A stretch of DNA of 32,450 nt from an uncultured bacterium (GTDB lineage: Bacteria > Latescibacterota > UBA2968). Numbering within the stretch: position 1 is the stretch's first letter; every line of letters begins with the position of its first letter. The position numbers and the translations under genes were made by a program. The notes beneath the pieces were generated by a model, which saw only the letters and a program-made list of their open reading frames with translations, was not told the DNA's origin and did no database searches. The stretch lies in NCBI GenBank assembly GCA_964471275.1, contig CAYYGZ010000019.1, positions 1 to 32,450 on the forward strand, written 5' to 3'. Positions 29,987 to 32,450 of the stretch are shown piece after piece.

Positions 29987-30337
29987 ATGGCTGAAGTCAC
30001 CGTCTACCACAATCCTCAGTGAAGCAAGTCGCGTGGCGCGACGGACATCCTTCGCGAACGAAACGTCGAGTTCGGCGTGATCGAGTATATCAAAACACCA
30101 CCTAGCGAGTCCGAACTGAGAGGATTCCTTGGCCTGCTAGATGTTGACCCGAGAGATATGTTCCATCCCGGATCTTTCGAAAAACTAGGTCGAAATCTCG
30201 ACGATTTCACCACGCTGGATGATGTGGTCGGGCTGCTCCTTGAGCATCCGGAGGTCATGAACCGTCCCGTCTGCATCCGTGGAGGCAGGGCAGTGATCGC
30301 CCGACCGGCTGAACGGGTGAATAGCATCCTCGACTGA
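29987..30337 (+). CDS. arsC: ArsC/Spx-family (glutaredoxin-type arsenate reductase-like) protein, probable selenoprotein (TGA 30020-30022 = Sec12)
   Basis: AGGAG RBS 8 nt before ATG 29987; MAEVTVYHNPQ-[TGA]-SKSRGATDILRERNVEFGVIEYIKTPP...HPEVMNRPV...VIARPAERV. The TGA occupies the catalytic Cys of the YHNPxCSKSR motif. Confidence 0.88.
30020..30054 (+). promoter_or_regulatory. Putative bacterial SECIS element
   Basis: Upper stem GTCGCG (30028-30033)/CGCGAC (30037-30042) with TGG loop; lower stem TGAAG (30020-30024)/CTTCG (30050-30054). Confidence 0.6.
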
Positions 30338-30496
30338 GAACCAGAGAATCCATGGACTTCCACTATTACAACGTCGTAAGATCTGGAACCGAAGTGAGGT
30401 GGGATCATCCGGGCGGAGCCTTCCGCCCGGTCACCATTCTGAGCTGAGCCGAAGCCAACTCATTCAGGATATCCCAACCTTACAAAAGGAGCCACT

Positions 30497-32122
30497 ATGT
30501 CGAATGTAGTTCAGATCTACGACACCACTCTGCGTGACGGTTCTCAAGCAGAAGACATCGCCTTCTCCCTAGATGACAAGCTGTTGATCGCACAGCGATT
30601 GGACGATTTCGGGGTTGATTTCATCGAAGGCGGATGGCCCAACCCCACGAATCCCAAGGATCTCGAATTCTTCAAGCGTGCGAAAGCCGCGACCTTCAAG
30701 AACGCGAGTGTCACGTCTTTTGGGAGTACGCGGCGAGCGTCGACCAGACCGGAAGAAGACCCGACGCTCAACGCCCTGCTCAGCTCAGAGACCGAAACCG
30801 TCTGCATCTTCGGAAAATCCTGGACGCTCCACGTCACGGATGTACTCCGGATCGACCTCGACGAAAACGTCCGGTTGATCGAGGACTCGGTCGCCTACCT
30901 GCGATCCCGGGATCGAGACGTCATCTACGACGCAGAACATTTCTTTGATGGATACAAGGCCAACCCGGAATACGCCATACGGACACTAGAGGCCGCCGAG
31001 GCTGGTGGCGCGGGCTGTGTCGTGCTCTGTGACACGAACGGGGGTACGCTCCCGCTTGAGATGGCCGAAATCCTGAAAGATGTGAACGCGAGACTTGAAG
31101 GTCCCTTCGGCATCCACTCGCACAACGATGCGGGCGTGGGAGTAGCGAACGCCGTAGTCGCGGTCCAGGCGGGTGCGATCCAGGTTCAGGGAACCTTCAA
31201 CGGGTATGGGGAGCGGTGCGGGAACGCGAATCTCTGCACGGTTATTCCAAACATACAGCTCAAGCTGAACAAGCGGCTCAAGTCCGGTGAGAACCTTGAC
31301 GAACTGATGGAGTTCTCACGGTTCATCAGCGAGGTCGCCAATGTCTATCACGACCATCGGCAGCCTTACGTCGGCGAGAGCGCATTCGCTCACAAGGGCG
31401 GTGTACACATCGACGCCATGAGCAAGGCGCCCGCATCGTACGAACATTGTGAACCGGGCAGCGTCGGCAACCAGAGCCGGTTCCTTCTGTCCGAACAGTC
31501 GGGCACCGCCACAGTCGCGGCCAAACTCGATCACCTGCTGCCGGGTGTCGACAAACGAGACGCACGGGTCGTTGCGCTGCTCGACGAGGTCAAACGGCGA
31601 GAAAACCAAGGCTACATCTACGAGGGTGCCGAGGCATCGTTCGATATCCTCGCCAGGAGAGCGTTGCAGGGCTTTGAGGATCCGTTCAAGCTGATCGGCT
31701 TCCGGACCATCAACAGAAAGTCAGCCGAAGGAACAGAAGTCGAGGCAATCGTCAAGCTCGACGTAAACGGGGAACTCTGCCATACGGTCGCTGAAGGCGA
31801 TGGCCCCGTGAATGCCCTCGATGCGGCGCTCAGACTCGCTCTGGAGAACGAGTATCCTGTCATACAGACCGTCCGGCTTGAGGACTACAAGGTCCGTGTC
31901 CTCAGCAGCGGCGACGGGACGGCCGCCAAAGTTCGCGTTCTGATCGAGTCTTCCGACCGACATCGGGTCTGGAGCACGATTGGTGTGTCCGAGAACATCA
32001 TCGATGCAAGCTGGCTGGCCCTTGTGGACAGCCTCACTTACAAACTGCTGATCGACGGCGTGATCGGCGGCGAATCCGGTTCACCCACCGCGGACGTCTC
32101 TGACGAGAAGGCGATTGTCTGA
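30497..32122 (+). CDS. cimA: Citramalate synthase
   Basis: [81 protein letters not shown]. Confidence 0.92.
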   Translation: MSNVVQIYDTTLRDGSQAEDIAFSLDDKLLIAQRLDDFGVDFIEGGWPNPTNPKDLEFFKRAKAATFKNASVTSFGSTRRASTRPEEDPTLNALLSSETETVCIFGKSWTLHVTDVLRIDLDENVRLIEDSVAYLRSRDRDVIYDAEHFFDGYKANPEYAIRTLEAAEAGGAGCVVLCDTNGGTLPLEMAEILKDVNARLEGPFGIHSHNDAGVGVANAVVAVQAGAIQVQGTFNGYGERCGNANLCTVIPNIQLKLNKRLKSGENLDELMEFSRFISEVANVYHDHRQPYVGESAFAHKGGVHIDAMSKAPASYEHCEPGSVGNQSRFLLSEQSGTATVAAKLDHLLPGVDKRDARVVALLDEVKRRENQGYIYEGAEASFDILARRALQGFEDPFKLIGFRTINRKSAEGTEVEAIVKLDVNGELCHTVAEGDGPVNALDAALRLALENEYPVIQTVRLEDYKVRVLSSGDGTAAKVRVLIESSDRHRVWSTIGVSENIIDASWLALVDSLTYKLLIDGVIGGESGSPTADVSDEKAIV

Positions 32123-32123
32123 A

Positions 32124-32450
32124 ATGCGTGTACTGTCTCGAAGATTGGAACGCCTCCCTCCATACGTGTTTCACGAGGTCAATGCCCTAAAGATAAAGCT
32201 GCGCCGTGAGGGTGTTGACATCATCGATCTGGGTATGGGGAATCCGGACCAGCCGACACCGGATCACATCATCGACAAGATGGTAGAGGTCGCTCACGAC
32301 CCGAAGGCACACGGATATTCCCCCTCGGCAGGCCTTCCGGCACTCAAGCGGGCTATCTGTCGTCACTACGATCGTCGGTTCGGGGTCTCGCTTGATCCAG
32401 AGACGGAGTCGATCGTCACGATCGGCTCTAAGGAGGGTATAGCCCACATC
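32124..32450 (+). CDS. Class I PLP-dependent aminotransferase (AlaC/LL-DAP aminotransferase-like), 3' end outside window
   Basis: Not in ORF track. [23 protein letters not shown]...[17 protein letters not shown]...HGYSPSAG...[20 protein letters not shown]. Confidence 0.9.
   Translation, partial: MRVLSRRLERLPPYVFHEVNALKIKLRREGVDIIDLGMGNPDQPTPDHIIDKMVEVAHDPKAHGYSPSAGLPALKRAICRHYDRRFGVSLDPETESIVTIGSKEGIAHI

Overview
GC-rich bacterial chromosomal segment from a draft assembly, with three 10-N gaps at 6899-6908, 8781-8790 and 23466-23475. The porX-tsaE linkage and long-form IspG suggest an FCB-group lineage (inference only). Gene order: KamA-family radical SAM (partial) and ArsR; UPF0182; murQ; ClpX-like ATPase; cNMP-binding protein; NFACT/RqcH; putative outer-membrane protein; tsaE; PorX-like REC-PglZ protein; histidine kinase; disrupted flippase-like gene; cvpA; mutS2; ispG; dnaG; tRNA-Ile2(CAT); decayed TPR gene; then a branched-chain amino acid operon (ilvN-ilvC-leuA-leuC-leuD-leuB-arsC-cimA-aminotransferase). 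Main signals the ORF track does not show: (1) an ArsC-family gene with TGA exactly at the catalytic Cys codon and a SECIS-like hairpin, i.e. a probable selenoprotein inside the leu operon; (2) an Ile/Leu/Val-rich leader ORF with mutually exclusive hairpins before ilvN; (3) a 44-aa acidic small ORF coupled to leuA; (4) multi-stem intergenic RNAs before leuC and cimA; (5) an inverted pair of ~60-bp structured repeats flanking ispG; (6) a duplicated tRNA 3' end enclosing a hairpin-rich ~240-bp segment. All translations and pairings were read by eye; no searches or folding programs were run.
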